From contig ACYB01000029.1 in the NCBI GenBank assembly GCA_000175855.1, forward strand, positions 60,001-92,000: a stretch of DNA of 32,000 nt, read 5' to 3'. The notes below the pieces were generated by a model. The model ran no database searches, had not been told where the DNA came from, and saw only the letters and a program-made list of their open reading frames with translations. This DNA is from Raphidiopsis brookii D9 (GTDB taxonomy: Bacteria > Cyanobacteriota > Cyanobacteriia > Cyanobacteriales > Nostocaceae). Below are positions 29,896 through 32,000 of this stretch, piece by piece. Each line of letters starts with the position of its first letter. The stretch's first letter is position 1. The translations under genes and the position numbers were made by a program.

Positions 29896-31353
29896 ATGCC
29901 TGGATCCAATTCTGTTGTTCGCCGTTATACACCCCCCACTTGTACGTTAGAAATCCTAGCAGAAAGCTCACCCTTATCTCGTTGGATGGGTCAAACTGTG
30001 GTGGGTGAGCTACGTTTTCAATTGCATTTTGATGATCCAACGTTACCAGAAGATTTGAGAATACCTATTGAGGGTAATCGGGAACAGTTGGAGGTTTTAT
30101 GTAATGCTGTAAGCAGCTACGTACAGCAACTTTTGCAAGATTCATCCGATAGGTTTGGTGTGATTTTTCGGGAATCCACACCCTCGGAATCGGAGGATCT
30201 TGGTTCTAGTGGGTCTCCAGCTTCCCCTCTATATTATAGAGATAATACGGGAGTTTTAGAGGCGACTATTTATCTAGAATTCCAGGAGAATCTAACTCAT
30301 AAACTATACCTAGGTTCCCTAGCTACCCAAAGATCTGGTCCGGTGATTGAACTGAGTCTATTACAGTTGTTTGATTTATCTAGTGCTTTGGATGAGTATT
30401 CTGCTGATATAATTGCATTACCAACTGGAGCTGAAAGGTTCATAACTTCCAAGTTACCCACATGGGCTCCTGTAGCAGCAGTGTTAACGTTGGCTTTGGG
30501 TCTAACCCCCCTCACCTGGCAATATGCTAATAATATGCGCTCGGTGCGAGTAGTTGAGCAACAAAAACCTCAAGAACCTATCCCAACCGGGGTACCTAAT
30601 ATTGGGGAACCCACTGTGAACCCGGATAACCCTGATGCTGGTGTGAAGTCACCTGATTTAGCTGACCTACCGTCTCCCAATTTTAATTTACCCAGTCCCA
30701 ACCAGGAAAATTTGGATGTTCCCAGATCGGGCACAGTCCCCCCCACTGCAACCCCTGGTACACTAAGTAAAAATACCCCAAACACACCCACCTTAAAAAC
30801 ACCTCAAATTGCAGGAGATCCTATTCTTAATAGTCCTAATAGCACCCAGGTTCCCTCTAAAATATTGGGATATCCTACAAATCCAGGGATACAAGGTACA
30901 CAAGGTATAAAACCTAGTCTTAACATACCTGCGGGAGATGTCAAGAGGTTACCGGATAGTTTACCTAATCCCAATCCTTCCCCACCACAGACACAACCAA
31001 CACTACCATTAGATACAGGAACCGCAAAACAAGACCTAACCATCATAGCTAGTGAGGAAAACAAATCTTACGATACACCCCAAGTAGCAGAAGCAGGGGA
31101 GTATCTACAAGGTAAATGGCGTCCACCCGCAGATTTTACTCAAACTCTAGAATATAGTATCACCCTGGAGGTTAATGGGACAATTCAGCGCATTTTACCT
31201 TTAAATAAAGCTGCTAGAGAATACATTGACAACACAGGTATCCCAGAAATTGGTAAACCCTTTGTTTCTAGTAATAAAGCAGGAAAAACTCTCAGAATTA
31301 GAGTTGTTTACAGTCCCGATGGCAAAGTCAAAACCTTCACAGAAACCCCATAA
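29896..31353 (+). CDS. Cyanobacteria-restricted protein (DUF4335-like) with central TM helix, Pro-rich spacer and C-terminal beta-rich domain
   Basis: 485-aa ORF starting 13 nt after the previous gene. The N-terminus RRYTPPTCTLEI...LRFQLHFDDP matches my recollection of DUF4335. It has a TM segment WAPVAAVLTLALGLTPLTW, then about 170 aa of P/N/T-rich low complexity. Confidence 0.55.
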   Translation: MPGSNSVVRRYTPPTCTLEILAESSPLSRWMGQTVVGELRFQLHFDDPTLPEDLRIPIEGNREQLEVLCNAVSSYVQQLLQDSSDRFGVIFRESTPSESEDLGSSGSPASPLYYRDNTGVLEATIYLEFQENLTHKLYLGSLATQRSGPVIELSLLQLFDLSSALDEYSADIIALPTGAERFITSKLPTWAPVAAVLTLALGLTPLTWQYANNMRSVRVVEQQKPQEPIPTGVPNIGEPTVNPDNPDAGVKSPDLADLPSPNFNLPSPNQENLDVPRSGTVPPTATPGTLSKNTPNTPTLKTPQIAGDPILNSPNSTQVPSKILGYPTNPGIQGTQGIKPSLNIPAGDVKRLPDSLPNPNPSPPQTQPTLPLDTGTAKQDLTIIASEENKSYDTPQVAEAGEYLQGKWRPPADFTQTLEYSITLEVNGTIQRILPLNKAAREYIDNTGIPEIGKPFVSSNKAGKTLRIRVVYSPDGKVKTFTETP

Positions 31354-31364
31354 GACTATAATTC

Positions 31365-32000
31365 CTACTTTCTCATCTCCTCCATGGCCCCCCTGGCCAT
31401 AGCTGCGATCGCTCTATCAGTTGCTTTCGGTAGTTGATAATATTTGCCTCCCGCTGTTTTCGCTAGTTCTTTGGCAAAACCAGTTGAAACAAATTTACTT
31501 TCTGTATCTATTACCAGTAACTGCATCCCAGAAGCTCTAATCCTCCCTGCAATATCTAGCAGCTCTCCTTTAATATCTGGTTTTTCTCCTGGTTCCGGGG
31601 ACTCCCCTAGAGACCTGGAGAGTGGTATATTACCTCTACCGTCAGTAATTGCCACTATCACCACTTGTCCAATGTCTCCTCCCATTTGGGCGTTGACACC
31701 TACTCTGACCGCTTGGGTTAATCCATGGGCCAAGGGGGAACCACCTCCACAAGGTAATTTTTCCAACCGGTTTTTCGCTAAAGCAATAGACCGGGTAGGA
31801 GGTAATAACACTTCCGCTTGTTCTCCTCTAAAGGGAATTAGAGCAATTTGATCTCGGTTTTGATAGGATTCAGTTAAAAGTTGCATTACTGCTCCCTTAG
31901 CTGATTGCATTCTATTTAAAGCCATTGAACCAGACGCATCAACAACAAATACTACTAGGGCACCAGCTTTTCTCACTAACCGTTTTGTTCGCATATCCCC
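31365..32000 (-). CDS. chlD: Magnesium chelatase subunit D, C-terminal vWA domain (gene continues beyond the window end)
   Basis: MIDAS motif [12 protein letters not shown], then [10 protein letters not shown] and ITDGRGN. The frame is still open at 32000 (…GD-MRTKRL), so only the 3' part is present. Confidence 0.85.
   Translation of the reverse strand, partial: GDMRTKRLVRKAGALVVFVVDASGSMALNRMQSAKGAVMQLLTESYQNRDQIALIPFRGEQAEVLLPPTRSIALAKNRLEKLPCGGGSPLAHGLTQAVRVGVNAQMGGDIGQVVIVAITDGRGNIPLSRSLGESPEPGEKPDIKGELLDIAGRIRASGMQLLVIDTESKFVSTGFAKELAKTAGGKYYQLPKATDRAIAAMARGAMEEMRK

Noticed and set aside
31444-31851. 135-aa plus-strand ORF antisense to chlD
   Set aside because: It is a shadow ORF inside the well-supported ChlD vWA domain. 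Its P/S-rich composition is typical of antisense translation.

Overview
Cyanobacterial chromosomal segment. The evidence is at least 19 copies of the HIP1 octamer GCGATCGC plus chlD, a CRR6-like gene, a phytol-kinase-like gene and DUF29/DUF760/DUF3038/DUF4335-type genes. The proteins look Nostocales-like, but the genus cannot be fixed from sequence alone. There are about 28 genes, mostly housekeeping: rplY, purA, pgi, a LivM-type permease, a Fur-family regulator, ispD, scpB, cyclophilin, rqcH, an RRM protein, prfC, a GNAT, hisC, mutS2 and the 3' part of chlD. I recognised no rRNA, tRNA, CRISPR array, transposase or integrase. Five points deserve a second look. (1) Six single-base indels at short homopolymers affect five genes: an HlyD adaptor, a C39-peptidase ABC exporter, a two-domain rhodanese, an MnmC-like methyltransferase, and a self-compensating pair inside pgi. 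This indicates either real gene erosion or homopolymer sequencing error. (2) The HlyD plus C39-ABC peptide exporter has no double-glycine cargo gene nearby. (3) A co-directional, tightly spaced run of RRM protein, small zinc-ribbon ORF, RqcH and an AlbA_2/Schlafen-like protein lies close to RF3 and MutS2. (4) A receiver-DUF3685 protein carries Glu at the phospho-acceptor position and sits behind a Fur-like gene. (5) A DUF3038-DUF4335 pair includes a protein with a TonB-like layout. I found no convincingly self-contained novel multi-gene system, so these are hypotheses to test.
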